Counted from the stretch's first letter, positions 38,765-48,963 are shown. The stretch: DNA of 64,000 nt from Myxococcota bacterium (GCA_040387835.1 JAZKCZ010000002.1:183074-247073); one strand, 5' to 3'. The notes: a model not told the origin generated them from the sequence alone. Numbers and translations: made by a program.

Positions 38765-40135
38765 ATGGTACGACCAACATTTGTCCAAGTTGACGAAGCA
38801 GCGCGGACTAGAATGCCAGACAATTCGGGGTCTCCGCCCGCACTTCCGCCAGGGCCTTCTCCGCGGCCTGCTGCCAAAGTCTCCCGGAAACCAGCCGGAA
38901 CTCCGGATGAAGTCGAAGAACTGGATCCGCTCGGAACGGCAGTCCCTGTAGCAGCTGTGAATACGGCGGTCATCCCTTCAGTCCAAGTGGATCCGGATGC
39001 CCCTCCACGCACCCTTCAGGCCATTATGAAGGGGGCAAGCTCGTCAATCCCACGGACAGCAGTAGCAGCCGGGTTAATTGCGGCCGCTGGAGTTGTCATG
39101 GCACCTTTTACCGGCGGACTAAGTTTAGTGGTTACGGCAATTGCTGGCGCTGTTTCAGGATACTCTGCATACAAAAGCGATCAGGCAGACACAAGCAAAC
39201 ATTTTAATACTTTGTTTAACACCGACAAACTCCAGTTAACCGTACGTGGCATGGCGAATCATCCTGACGCGGAGAATAAAAACCAGGCTAAACTATTGGC
39301 CGATAAATACGATATTGCGGCAGCCAACAACGATATCTCAGCTCAACTCCAAATATTAGATGAAATTCAAAAAACCACGAATCTCGTTATAGATTTCGAT
39401 AAGCATCTAAAAACAAGCGATCAAACCCACGTCGTCGATGATCATATCGGCAAAGGAACGTACCGCCAGCGAACCGCCAAGACCGTAGGGGATAGACATC
39501 CAACCCAACCACCCCTTAATCCTAGCCATCATATCATAGACGCAGGATTGAAAGATTTAGCCAACCTTCATACGCAATTAGGCGCTGGGGTTCGAGGTTC
39601 TCACCTTGATATATTGGAAAATATCCAAAAAATTAGCGATAAAGTTCTCGGTTTAATCAAGCCCCAAGTGGGGGCAGCGGAGGGAAACGACGCCATCTAT
39701 CTTAATTCCGCGCTACTAGAACTGGAACAGAGTCTCTTACAACAATCAAATCCAAGCACTCTAGCAGCAAGGCAAACCCAAATTACAGAAATCCGCAGGC
39801 TGCGTGTTTTATTAAGACCCGAAGCTGAAAAAGCGACCGTTCTTAACACGATGCGAAGTAGCCATGCTGAGCTCAAAGCCCTAGTTCCCTGGAATTGGCG
39901 CAATTATAGACATCGAGAAGCCGCAAAAAAACTTATCCAGTCCAATCAGGAGACGGAACGTACCTACAAAGATCTATCAGATGCCGCCTTAGAGCAGTTA
40001 ATCGAAAACTACAAATTAGAGGACCAATTGCTGGCAGGAGGGTTTAAGGTATCCAACGTCAGGGGCGCCGGTCTACCTACATACCTGCAAAAGATTGATG
40101 AGTTTCAAGGTGTCTTAGACAGACGCCATATCTAA
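38765..40135 (+). CDS. hypothetical Pro-rich protein with a bilobed hydrophobic hairpin
   Basis: 456-aa ORF; RBS GGAGG upstream; about 40-aa hydrophobic segment split by PFTGG; no signal peptide. Confidence 0.6.
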   Translation: MVRPTFVQVDEAARTRMPDNSGSPPALPPGPSPRPAAKVSRKPAGTPDEVEELDPLGTAVPVAAVNTAVIPSVQVDPDAPPRTLQAIMKGASSSIPRTAVAAGLIAAAGVVMAPFTGGLSLVVTAIAGAVSGYSAYKSDQADTSKHFNTLFNTDKLQLTVRGMANHPDAENKNQAKLLADKYDIAAANNDISAQLQILDEIQKTTNLVIDFDKHLKTSDQTHVVDDHIGKGTYRQRTAKTVGDRHPTQPPLNPSHHIIDAGLKDLANLHTQLGAGVRGSHLDILENIQKISDKVLGLIKPQVGAAEGNDAIYLNSALLELEQSLLQQSNPSTLAARQTQITEIRRLRVLLRPEAEKATVLNTMRSSHAELKALVPWNWRNYRHREAAKKLIQSNQETERTYKDLSDAALEQLIENYKLEDQLLAGGFKVSNVRGAGLPTYLQKIDEFQGVLDRRHI

Positions 40136-40136
40136 C

Positions 40137-40487
40137 TCAGCCAAAGCTAGAACCGCAGCCGCAAGTTCGCTTTGCGGTTGGGTTCACGAATTTAAAGCCC
40201 GCGCCGTTTAGGCCTTCTTCGTAATCCACAACTGTTCCAGGAATCTGGGTTGCAGTGAATACATCGGTGATGACTTTGAGGCCGTCGTATTCGCAGATTA
40301 GTTCATTGCCGTCATCTACAGGGTCCGAAAAGCTTAGGCCGTATTTAAAACCGGAGCAGCCGCCGCCTTGGACGCTGATTCTTAGGCAGCTGCCTTCTTC
40401 ACCATTCGTTTCGGCTAGGGCCATTTTCGCCATTTCCACTGCTTTTGGGGTCAGTGTGATCGCTTCCAAATTCTCCATTTTCGTCAT
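40137..40487 (-). CDS. erpA: iron-sulfur cluster insertion protein (HesB/IscA/ErpA family)
   Basis: GGGCSGF and C-terminal CGCGSSF motifs. Confidence 0.85.
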   Translation of the reverse strand: MTKMENLEAITLTPKAVEMAKMALAETNGEEGSCLRISVQGGGCSGFKYGLSFSDPVDDGNELICEYDGLKVITDVFTATQIPGTVVDYEEGLNGAGFKFVNPTAKRTCGCGSSFG

Positions 40488-40614
40488 CTCCTTGTTCTGC
40501 TGGGATTGCGTAACGACCCGAAAGCCAACTGCCGAGGTCAATCATCTGACAACGCTGCGAGCAAAAGGTCTTATCCGTCGATTGACCACAAGTGGCACAA
40601 TGAGTCGTTTTCAT
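40399..40614 (-). CDS. yacG: DNA gyrase inhibitor YacG-like zinc-ribbon protein
   Basis: C-x2-C...[14 protein letters not shown] matches the YacG core; acidic tail. Confidence 0.65.
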   Translation of the reverse strand: MKTTHCATCGQSTDKTFCSQRCQMIDLGSWLSGRYAIPAEQGDDENGEFGSDHTDPKSSGNGENGPSRNEW

Positions 40615-40725
40615 CGAGCCTATATCATAATACTTCCAACATTTTTAACAAGAGGGGCTTTTTTCACTTGAAAAGTCAGCTTAAGTCTGGTTTCTTATCG
40701 GACTTTCCAAAAGAGGATAACAACA

Positions 40726-41106
40726 GTGGCAAAACAAAGAAAAAAACGTTCTACCGTCTCGTTCAAAGACATTCAGATTGCGTACTTAATGGATGGCGTG
40801 AACTCTATAGCTAGACTTCATAAGGAAGGAAAAGCTTCAGGGATTACTATTCGCCGCGCACTAACCAATTTGAAAGAAAGCGGCCGCGAAGTTGCAGGAC
40901 TTGAAAAATGGATCCGAGAAAATCTTGGAACCGGAATCCGCGGCAGAACTGCACCAACACCAGGTCAAGAACGTATTTATCGTGCTCAGCAAATCAAGAC
41001 AAGCGGACCTTTCCTACGCTTGCCCTTGGCTGCTCTTCAAATCGATAAAGGCGAAGTCGTTTCTGTTGTGTTCCAAAAAGATCAAATTGTCGTAAAGAAA
41101 GTTTAA
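40726..41106 (+). CDS. hypothetical DNA-binding protein (AbrB/SpoVT-like C-terminus suspected)
   Basis: GTG start with AGAGGA RBS; basic N-terminus; C-terminal swapped-hairpin-like segment. Confidence 0.55.
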   Translation: MAKQRKKRSTVSFKDIQIAYLMDGVNSIARLHKEGKASGITIRRALTNLKESGREVAGLEKWIRENLGTGIRGRTAPTPGQERIYRAQQIKTSGPFLRLPLAALQIDKGEVVSVVFQKDQIVVKKV

Positions 41107-41110
41107 TAAT

Positions 41111-42229
41111 ATGATTATTGGTTGTCCGTCGGAAATTAAAGTAAAAGAATACCGTGTTGGACTTGTTCCAGCTGCAGTCAAAGCCTTAACTGCCGACGGA
41201 CATACCATATTAATACAAAAAAATGCCGGAATTGGATCTGGCATTTCAAATGAACAATACCAAGCTGTTGGTGCAGAAATAATTGATTCTGCCGAAGAAG
41301 TTTGGGAACGCTCTCAGATCATCTGTAAAGTGAAAGAGCCCGTGCCATCTGAATATCCTCTGATGCGCGCTGGGCAAATTCTTTACACCTACCTGCATCT
41401 TGCAGCAAACATAGAACTCACCGAAGCGCTATTGGCAAAGAAGGTTTCTGCTGTTGCCTATGAAACCATTCAGGTTGGCCATACCTTACCGCTCCTCAAA
41501 CCCATGAGCGAAGTGGCAGGCCGGATGTCGATTCAAGTAGGCGCATGGTGTTTAGAAAAGCACCAAGGTGGCAAAGGCCTATTGCTTGGAGGCGTCACAG
41601 GCGTGCCTAGAGCAAAGGTTACGATTTTAGGAGGTGGCGTTGTAGGCCTGCAGGCGGCCAAAGTGGCTATCGGAATGGGCGCGGTAGTGAGACTACTCGA
41701 TACAAACACCGATCGCCTTGAATACTTAGACCATATTTTCTCTGAGCGTTTACAAGCGCTATATTCAACCCCATATAGTATCGCCGAGGCAGTCATGGAT
41801 GCCGATCTCGTGATCGGCGCGGTTTTAATCGCAGGTGCAAAAGCGCCCAAATTGGTGACTCGCGAGCTTATTGGGCAAATGGGCAAAGGCTCAGCCATTG
41901 TAGATGTTGCCGTAGATCAGGGCGGGTGTGTGGAAACCATGCGACCAACCACCCATGATAACCCGATTTTCGAAGTCGACGGCATTATTCACTACGGTGT
42001 TGCAAACATGCCTGGCGCCGTTGCACGCACCAGCACTTTTGCATTGGCGCAGGCCACTTTGCCCTACTTGCGTTTGCTTGCAGGTGTAGGTCTAGTAGAA
42101 GCATGCAAACAAAATCCGCACTTTGCACTGGGATTGAACACGCATCAAGGCTATCTTACTTATGAAGCAGTCGCTCATGCGCATGGATTAGCCTTTCATG
42201 AATATTCTAAAGTCTTGGCAGCATCTTGA
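41111..42229 (+). CDS. ald: alanine dehydrogenase
   Basis: AlaDH/PNT N-terminal and NAD-binding domains; 372 aa. Confidence 0.9.
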   Translation: MIIGCPSEIKVKEYRVGLVPAAVKALTADGHTILIQKNAGIGSGISNEQYQAVGAEIIDSAEEVWERSQIICKVKEPVPSEYPLMRAGQILYTYLHLAANIELTEALLAKKVSAVAYETIQVGHTLPLLKPMSEVAGRMSIQVGAWCLEKHQGGKGLLLGGVTGVPRAKVTILGGGVVGLQAAKVAIGMGAVVRLLDTNTDRLEYLDHIFSERLQALYSTPYSIAEAVMDADLVIGAVLIAGAKAPKLVTRELIGQMGKGSAIVDVAVDQGGCVETMRPTTHDNPIFEVDGIIHYGVANMPGAVARTSTFALAQATLPYLRLLAGVGLVEACKQNPHFALGLNTHQGYLTYEAVAHAHGLAFHEYSKVLAAS

Positions 42230-43178
42230 ACCCGGGCAACCGGAATTAATTACCGTCGGCAATATTAACCAGACTTATAAGGTGAAGCTGAACAACGGCT
42301 TTGGTGTTCTTCAAAAGCTTCACCCAGTTTTCGCACCTGAAGTGAACGTTGATATTTTAAACGTCACCGATTATTTAGCGCAGCATCATTTTCACACCCA
42401 AAAGCTTCTAAAAACCGATTCTGGCGATCTTTGGGCATTGGAAGAGAGTCAGTGTTGGCGAATGCTTACCTATGTGGAAGGCCATACCTTTGACGAAGTT
42501 AAAAATCCCGAACTTGGCTTTTCGGCCGGCCAACTGGTAGGGCGCTTTCATAAAGCGTTGTCTGAATTTGATTATGAATACCAGTCCGTTCGAAGCAATG
42601 TGCATAATACTCCTGCCTATTTGGAGAGGCTGGAGCGCAACCTCAAAGAAGGCAGTGCGCATCCTCTGTTTGAATCTGTTTCAGGCATCGCTCATGAGCT
42701 AATCAAAGAAGCCAGGTCACTGCCCGATCTCTGGGCAATGCCAGCGAGACATAGCCACGGCGATTTAAAAATCAGCAATATTATTTTCGATTCCAAGCAG
42801 GAGGCGGACTGCCTGATCGATCTTGATACACTGGGCAAGATGCCCTGGCCTATCGAAATGGGAGACGCATTTCGATCCTGGTGTAACCCGTTAGGTGAAA
42901 ATCAAGCTGTTACCGCCTTTGATATGGAAGTCTATCGGGCGGCTCTGGAAGGCTACAAAGAACACGCTTGGAAGCTCTGGAGCAAGGCTGAGCGAAACTC
43001 GTTAAAAGCAGGCATCAAGCTTATCCCCCTCGAGCTTTGCGCTCGCTTTCTAATAGACATTTTCGAAGATCATTATTGGAAGTGGGACCCAGAAAGATTT
43101 GAATGCCGAGCCGATCACAATTGGCTTAGAGCGCAAAGTCAGTGGAATCTTTTTAAAGATATCCAGAGGAAGTTATGA
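42198..43178 (+). CDS. phosphotransferase-family kinase (APH/ChoK/HSK-II-like)
   Basis: Brenner motif HGDLKISN; IDLD metal-binding motif. Confidence 0.75.
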   Translation: MNILKSWQHLEPGQPELITVGNINQTYKVKLNNGFGVLQKLHPVFAPEVNVDILNVTDYLAQHHFHTQKLLKTDSGDLWALEESQCWRMLTYVEGHTFDEVKNPELGFSAGQLVGRFHKALSEFDYEYQSVRSNVHNTPAYLERLERNLKEGSAHPLFESVSGIAHELIKEARSLPDLWAMPARHSHGDLKISNIIFDSKQEADCLIDLDTLGKMPWPIEMGDAFRSWCNPLGENQAVTAFDMEVYRAALEGYKEHAWKLWSKAERNSLKAGIKLIPLELCARFLIDIFEDHYWKWDPERFECRADHNWLRAQSQWNLFKDIQRKL

Positions 43179-43669
43179 ACTTAGAAACTGCCAAAGCCAT
43201 CTTCTTTTGGTTCGCTCTCACACTCATCGGCTGCCTGATCGCCTTTCAGCTATATAAGCGCGATCAATTGTATATGCAGCAAATCGATGTAACGCCCAAA
43301 GCAGCACCTGATTTCATGCTGGATGATGTGCAACTTTCGAAGCTTAAAGGGAAAACCGTGCTGCTCCATTTCTGGGCAACTTGGTGCGAGCCCTGCAGAG
43401 CGGAAATGCCATTGTTAGCCAATCTAAGTAAACGGGTAAAAGACCTGGTTATCTTGGCAGTGGCTGTGGATTCAACCAAAGCGGATGTGGAGCGATTCTT
43501 CGGACCTCAAAGACCTGGGTTTCCAGTGCTTTTAGACCTTAAACATCAAGTTGCCAGTCTATATGGAATCTCGCAGTTTCCGGAAACGCTGCTTATTGGG
43601 CCCGATGGTATGATTAGAGCGCTCTATATTGGCCCGCAGGATTGGGATCAGTTTGAACTAAAACCGTGA
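43175..43669 (+). CDS. membrane-anchored TlpA-like thiol:disulfide oxidoreductase
   Basis: N-terminal TM helix; WATWCEPC thioredoxin motif. Confidence 0.85.
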   Translation: MNLETAKAIFFWFALTLIGCLIAFQLYKRDQLYMQQIDVTPKAAPDFMLDDVQLSKLKGKTVLLHFWATWCEPCRAEMPLLANLSKRVKDLVILAVAVDSTKADVERFFGPQRPGFPVLLDLKHQVASLYGISQFPETLLIGPDGMIRALYIGPQDWDQFELKP

Positions 43670-44646
43670 AGGCTAAAAGTTGCCTGTTGGTTGCAAACCG
43701 ATATTTTACAACCGGAAATGTCAAAGGTCTTTTTTTCGGAATCCATATGAGCAATCTGCGCTAGTACCTGACCTGCAGACCGGTTATCGTTATACGGCAG
43801 AAATTTGCTTAAGCCGATTTTTAAGGCCTGAAATTTGATGGACTCAGAGATATTCGCGGGGAGCCTAACTTTAACTTGATCGGGCTCGATAGAAACTAAG
43901 TCTTCCGACAAAGTCTTCAAAGCATCCATGTCCAGACGCCTTTTTTCAGCCAGAAGCGCCAGGCGGGGCTTCGGCGCTTGGTGAAGGGCTAAGAAATCGC
44001 GTACTTGGACGCGGCGGCCTTCGCCTTTGAGGTTCGTGGGGTCTACGAAATAGTCGTTAACATTAAGGGCAGTTAGGACTGCGATGAGGTAGGCGCGGGA
44101 GAAGTTTAGTAGTGGACGGATAATGCGAAATCCCCCCTGCCCCCCTTTTTCAAAGGGGGGTGAGATTGCAAGCATGCCCGCGCCTTCGGGTCCGCCGCCT
44201 AGGCCCATGAGATCCATAACGAAGCTTTCAGCTTGGTCGTCCTGGGTGTGCGCGGTCGCGATGGCACTTACGCCTAGCTCTTGGGCTAACTGCCAGATGG
44301 CATCGTAGCGGCGCTGCCTTAGGCTTGCTTCGTCTTTTTTCTCACTAGGCAGTAAAGTTAGCCTGTGGCTATCAAAACCTAAAGCTTTCGCACGCGCACA
44401 AACAGCGCTGGCTTCGAAAGGTGTTTCTGACCGGGTGGCATGGTCCACACTTGCAACATAGATACGCTCAAATCTGCCGGGCCAATGAGCCACCGCTTCC
44501 ATGAGGGCTCTGGAGTCAGACCCGCCGCTGACGCATAGGAGTAAACCTGTAGCCGAATAAGGGCTAAAATAGGCGTCCAAGGTATTCCAAATAGGCTGAA
44601 TTAACCGTCTTGTCTTCGTTTGCATAATGGCATAAGTACTAGTCAC
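43648..44646 (-). CDS. tilS: tRNA(Ile)-lysidine synthetase
   Basis: PP-loop SGGSDS; contains the in-frame C6/G6 palindrome at 44141-44170. Confidence 0.85.
   Translation of the reverse strand: MTSTYAIMQTKTRRLIQPIWNTLDAYFSPYSATGLLLCVSGGSDSRALMEAVAHWPGRFERIYVASVDHATRSETPFEASAVCARAKALGFDSHRLTLLPSEKKDEASLRQRRYDAIWQLAQELGVSAIATAHTQDDQAESFVMDLMGLGGGPEGAGMLAISPPFEKGGQGGFRIIRPLLNFSRAYLIAVLTALNVNDYFVDPTNLKGEGRRVQVRDFLALHQAPKPRLALLAEKRRLDMDALKTLSEDLVSIEPDQVKVRLPANISESIKFQALKIGLSKFLPYNDNRSAGQVLAQIAHMDSEKKTFDISGCKISVCNQQATFSLHGFSSN
44141..44170. repeat. C6/G6 hairpin element (tcccccctg-cccccctttttcaaagggggg), translated in-frame in tilS as SPPFEKGGQGG
   Basis: Perfect 6-bp G/C stem with a 9-nt A/T loop plus an extra C6 run; shares gcaggggggat with the rpsA terminator. 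Confidence 0.75.
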
Positions 44647-44694
44647 GAAACCCGTTCATGACGAATTTAATTCGGTCATCTTAAAGGAATTTGA

Positions 44695-46404
44695 GTGAGA
44701 ACCCAAGAAGAAACCCTATCATTTGAGGATTTGCTAAACGAAAGCTACGCCCGAGACGAAGTTCTCGAAGGCGAAATTGTCTCTGCTACCGTACTGGCTA
44801 TTAATAAAGATTTTATCTCGGTCGATATCGGCTACAAATCGGAAGGATTAATCCCTGCCGATGAGTTTCCAAGCATCAATGGTGAAATCCAAATTAAAGT
44901 TGGCGAGCGTGTTGATGTGATGGTTGAGTCACGTGAAGATGACTCCGGCCGTCTGATTCTAAGCAAAGACAAAGCAGATCGCGTGAAGGTATGGGATGAT
45001 ATCTCACTTGCCTGCGAGAGAAACGAAATTGTAGAAGGAACCGTAACAGGCCGCGTTAAAGGTGGCCTTCAAGTTGACATCGGCGTTCGGGCATTTTTGC
45101 CAGGAAGCCAAGTTGATTTGAGACCAATCCGCAATTTAGACAAAATGATTGGCGAGCGGTTCCAGTTCAAAGTTATCAAATTTAACCGTAAACGCGGCAA
45201 TATTGTCCTCAGTCGTAGAGCATTGCTAGAGAAAGAACGCGAAGAAAAGCGCGGAATGACTCTGCAGCACTTGTCTGAAGGTGCGGTATTGGACGGTATC
45301 ATCAAGAACATGACCGATTATGGCGCGTTCGTTGATTTGGGCGGCGTTGACGGATTGTTGCACGTCACCGATATGAGCTGGGGTCGTATTCAAAACCCAT
45401 CCGAGCTCTTTCAAGTTGGCAGCGTGGTCAAAGTTAAAGTGCTTAAATATGACCCAGAACACGAACGTGTTTCTTTGGGCATTAAGCAAATCCAAGAAGA
45501 TCCATGGTTGTCCGTTCAGCAAGAATTCCCAGTGGGAACTCAAGTATCCGGCAAAGTGGTTTCTCTCACAGACTACGGCGCATTTATCGAACTGAAACCA
45601 GGTGTTGAAGGTTTGATCCACGTGTCTGAAATGTCATGGACCAAGCGCGTCAAGCACCCATCCAAGATCGTGAACATTGGCGATCAAGTAAATGCGGTTG
45701 TTTTGGATATTGACCAAGAAAGCAAACGTATCTCCCTCGGTATGAAGCAAGTGGAACCAAATCCATGGAGCCTGCTTGAAGAGAAATACCCAGTTGGAAC
45801 GGTTATCCGTGGCGCTGTCCGCAACATCACTGATTTCGGTATCTTCATCGGCATCGAAGAAGGCATCGACGGCTTGGTACATATCAGCGATTTGTCCTGG
45901 ACACATCGCGTCAAGCATCCTTCTGAAATCTTCCAAAAAGCTGACGAAGTCGAGGCAGTGGTTCTGAATATCGATGTGGAAAACGAACGTTTCTCACTTG
46001 GTATTAAGCAACTACACGAAGATCCATGGGGACGTATCCCACATGTGTACCCACGTGGTGCTCGCGTGAAGGGAACCGTTTCCAAGGTAACTGATTTCGG
46101 TGCATTTATTGAAATCGAACCAGGTATTGACGGTCTTTGCCATGTTTCTGAATTTGCCGAAGAACATATAGAAAACGCACATGAATTCGTGAAGCCAGGC
46201 GATGAAGTCGAAGTCATGATCATCGATGTGGATCCTGAAGAACGCAAGATCGGTCTGTCCATGAAGGCAGTGAAAAAAGCAGAAAAAGGCTTTGATTACC
46301 GCACCTACTTGGCACAGCAAAGCGCTGCAGCAGCGAAACCTGTGAAAAGCAGCATGGGAACCCTCGGCGAAGCTCTTAAGGGCTTTAACGTAACCGGCGA
46401 GTAA
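44695..46404 (+). CDS. rpsA: 30S ribosomal protein S1
   Basis: Six S1 repeats; 569 aa. Confidence 0.95.
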   Translation: MRTQEETLSFEDLLNESYARDEVLEGEIVSATVLAINKDFISVDIGYKSEGLIPADEFPSINGEIQIKVGERVDVMVESREDDSGRLILSKDKADRVKVWDDISLACERNEIVEGTVTGRVKGGLQVDIGVRAFLPGSQVDLRPIRNLDKMIGERFQFKVIKFNRKRGNIVLSRRALLEKEREEKRGMTLQHLSEGAVLDGIIKNMTDYGAFVDLGGVDGLLHVTDMSWGRIQNPSELFQVGSVVKVKVLKYDPEHERVSLGIKQIQEDPWLSVQQEFPVGTQVSGKVVSLTDYGAFIELKPGVEGLIHVSEMSWTKRVKHPSKIVNIGDQVNAVVLDIDQESKRISLGMKQVEPNPWSLLEEKYPVGTVIRGAVRNITDFGIFIGIEEGIDGLVHISDLSWTHRVKHPSEIFQKADEVEAVVLNIDVENERFSLGIKQLHEDPWGRIPHVYPRGARVKGTVSKVTDFGAFIEIEPGIDGLCHVSEFAEEHIENAHEFVKPGDEVEVMIIDVDPEERKIGLSMKAVKKAEKGFDYRTYLAQQSAAAAKPVKSSMGTLGEALKGFNVTGE

Positions 46405-46420
46405 TCATCCCTCCTCGCAT

Positions 46421-46465
46421 CCCCCCTGCTCCTTGCGCAAGCAAAGGCAGGGGGGATTTTTATTT
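46421..46465 (+). terminator. rho-independent terminator of rpsA
   Basis: cccccctgc...gcagggggg stem with internal cttgcgcaag palindrome, followed by atttttattt. Confidence 0.75.
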
Positions 46466-46494
46466 GGTCCCTATCTATAGTAGAGCTTTAATGA

Positions 46495-48129
46495 ATGAAT
46501 CCCACCAATAATATAGTTCCTGAAGTCGAAGGCGAGATTTCTCCCATATTGTCTAAAGGCGAACCAACTGCTTTTGCCCAACTCACCAAGCACGCAGGCA
46601 TCGTGGCGCTATGTACCGCTATTTCGCGTTTTGCTGGCCTTGCCAGAGATATGGTGACAGCACATCTATTCGGCGCGACAGCGGTCATGGATGCCTTTAA
46701 CATCGCTTTTACGATCCCTAATACTTTGCGCAGTTTTGTCGCTGAAGGCGCTTTAACGGTCGCCTTTATCCCCGTGTATACCGAAGTTCGCAGCCAGCAA
46801 GGTTTAGAGGCTGCGAAGCAGTTTTACCGTTCTGTTTTAGGAATCTTGCTGGTTGTCCTAACAGGGCTGGTCCTATTGGGCATCCTCGGCGCCTCGGGCT
46901 TGGTCTATGCTTTTGCAAGCGGCTTTGCAGAACGACCAGAGCAAATGGCTTTGGCCACGCAGCTAACCCGATGGATGTTTGCCTATGTTTTTTTCATTAG
47001 CTTGGTTGCTTTAAGCATGGGCGTCTTAAATGCACATAAGCATTTTATGACGCCGGCCGCATCACCAATTTTATTAAATCTGGCCATGATTGCTTGCGCT
47101 TGGGGTCTGCACAGCTACTTTGCCCAACCGGTTTATGCCTTGGCAGCGGGCGTTATTTCAGGCGGCATCTTGCAGCTTCTAGCGCAGGCACCCGCTTTGG
47201 CAAAAAGAGGCCTTCTGCTTAGGCCATCGTTTCAATGGAATAGCGCGCCTGTTAGAAAGCTGATGCGCGTTTTATTGCCTTCGGTATTTGGGGTGGCCAT
47301 CTATCAAATTAATTTGATGGTTTTGAGGCAGTTGGGCAGTTACTTGCCGCCGGGACAAATCACTTGTTACAGCACGGCGGATAGGCTGATGCAGGTTGCC
47401 TTTGGAATTTTTGCCATCTCGATTGCAACGGCCACTTTGCCAGCGATGAGCGAACACACGGCGTCGGGCAAGATCGATCGGCAAAAGTTGGTGGACACCT
47501 GGCATTTTTCAACGAAGCTGACCAATTTCATCACCTTCCCGGCAGCGTTTGGGCTGGCAATTATTGGCCTGCCAATTGTATCAGTCTTATTTTTTCATGG
47601 CGCTTATGATTGGCATAGTACGCGTTTAACAGCTCTAGCCACGATGGCTTTTGCGCCTGGATTAATCAGCGTGGCATTTTCTCGTACGACGGTTCAAGCG
47701 TTCTATGCCCTGAAAGACATGAAAACGCCGGTGATTATTGCTGGCGTTACGCTGGTTCTTAACTTTTGCCTGGGCCTGTCTTTAATGCGCTATGAAGTCG
47801 TTGGGCTGGCGGCTTCGTTGACCTTGTCGAGTTTCGTTCAAACCATGCTGCTGCTAGTTTGCCTTCGCTTTAAGATTGGAAAACTGGGCGTGCGCAGCAT
47901 GCTCGGGTCGATGGCTCGCCAGTTAATTTGCGCTGCAACCATGGGGCTCGTTGCGTATGAGATTTGCAGCTTCGGTGAGTGGACCCGCGGGCCCACACTG
48001 GCCAATGTTGGGCTAATGGGTGGCGCTGTTTTCGCTGGGATCCTAGTCTACGGCATCTTAAGCTTAGTCATGCAGTCCGAAGAGGCCCGTCAACTTAAGG
48101 GCTTAATAACAAAACGGATCAAGCACTAA
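46495..48129 (+). CDS. murJ: lipid II flippase MurJ
   Basis: 544-aa polytopic MviN/MurJ-like protein. Confidence 0.9.
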   Translation: MNPTNNIVPEVEGEISPILSKGEPTAFAQLTKHAGIVALCTAISRFAGLARDMVTAHLFGATAVMDAFNIAFTIPNTLRSFVAEGALTVAFIPVYTEVRSQQGLEAAKQFYRSVLGILLVVLTGLVLLGILGASGLVYAFASGFAERPEQMALATQLTRWMFAYVFFISLVALSMGVLNAHKHFMTPAASPILLNLAMIACAWGLHSYFAQPVYALAAGVISGGILQLLAQAPALAKRGLLLRPSFQWNSAPVRKLMRVLLPSVFGVAIYQINLMVLRQLGSYLPPGQITCYSTADRLMQVAFGIFAISIATATLPAMSEHTASGKIDRQKLVDTWHFSTKLTNFITFPAAFGLAIIGLPIVSVLFFHGAYDWHSTRLTALATMAFAPGLISVAFSRTTVQAFYALKDMKTPVIIAGVTLVLNFCLGLSLMRYEVVGLAASLTLSSFVQTMLLLVCLRFKIGKLGVRSMLGSMARQLICAATMGLVAYEICSFGEWTRGPTLANVGLMGGAVFAGILVYGILSLVMQSEEARQLKGLITKRIKH

Positions 48130-48168
48130 ATTTGGGCGATTAAGCAGAATATGATATATTAACCGGCC

Positions 48169-48963
48169 ATGAAGTATATATTTATTGCCGCACTGTGTTC
48201 GTTTCAGGCATTTTGTCAGAGCCAGTTAGAAGTTATTCGAGCAGCTGAGCTGGCCGATGGCATTTATGTCTCTGGCGCATTGAAGCACCTGGAGCTTGAG
48301 ACCGTTCACAGCCATGACAACCCTCTTTTTGCCAATCGCTTAGCAGGATTCTTTAATCAGGAGTCCAACACGCTTTACGTGGTCGTACGGGGAACCAGCA
48401 GCAAATTGAACTGGATCTCTGACGCTCGCATCGGTTCTTCAAACAAGATCGTCAAAAAAATTGTCAACTATTTGACCCCATCGAAGCTTAAGCCCTATGG
48501 CAAAATTCTGGACTCCTGGTCACAAGGCTGGTTTGAAGAATCATTTGAAGATTTAAAATCAGCATCTAATATCTTGATCCGAAAGCATAACGGCGCGACG
48601 GTTATCTTCACAGGGCATTCTTATGGCGGTATTATGGCTAACTTATTGGCCCAAGACGCATATCACCGGTTTCCAAGGTCAAAATTCAGGTGTCACACAT
48701 TCAATGCGCCAGGTGCAGCCGAAATTCGATCTGAAACTTTAAATATGCCGCAAATCGCACAGGAAGAACTCGAAAGATTCATTTTCAACCATGTGAGGGA
48801 AAGCGATTTAATAGGACAATGGAACACGCACGAGGGCAAGGTGCATTACTATGCCAACAACAATCGCTGGCATCGTGATGCCCATGCCATGGCTCACTTT
48901 GTGAAAGATTTGAGAGACGGAGCCAAGCCCTTACTTAACGAGCCTGAGTACATCGTTGAATAG
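48169..48963 (+). CDS. secreted alpha/beta-hydrolase, lipase (class 3)-like
   Basis: Signal peptide; nucleophile elbow GHSYGG. Confidence 0.6.
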   Translation: MKYIFIAALCSFQAFCQSQLEVIRAAELADGIYVSGALKHLELETVHSHDNPLFANRLAGFFNQESNTLYVVVRGTSSKLNWISDARIGSSNKIVKKIVNYLTPSKLKPYGKILDSWSQGWFEESFEDLKSASNILIRKHNGATVIFTGHSYGGIMANLLAQDAYHRFPRSKFRCHTFNAPGAAEIRSETLNMPQIAQEELERFIFNHVRESDLIGQWNTHEGKVHYYANNNRWHRDAHAMAHFVKDLRDGAKPLLNEPEYIVE

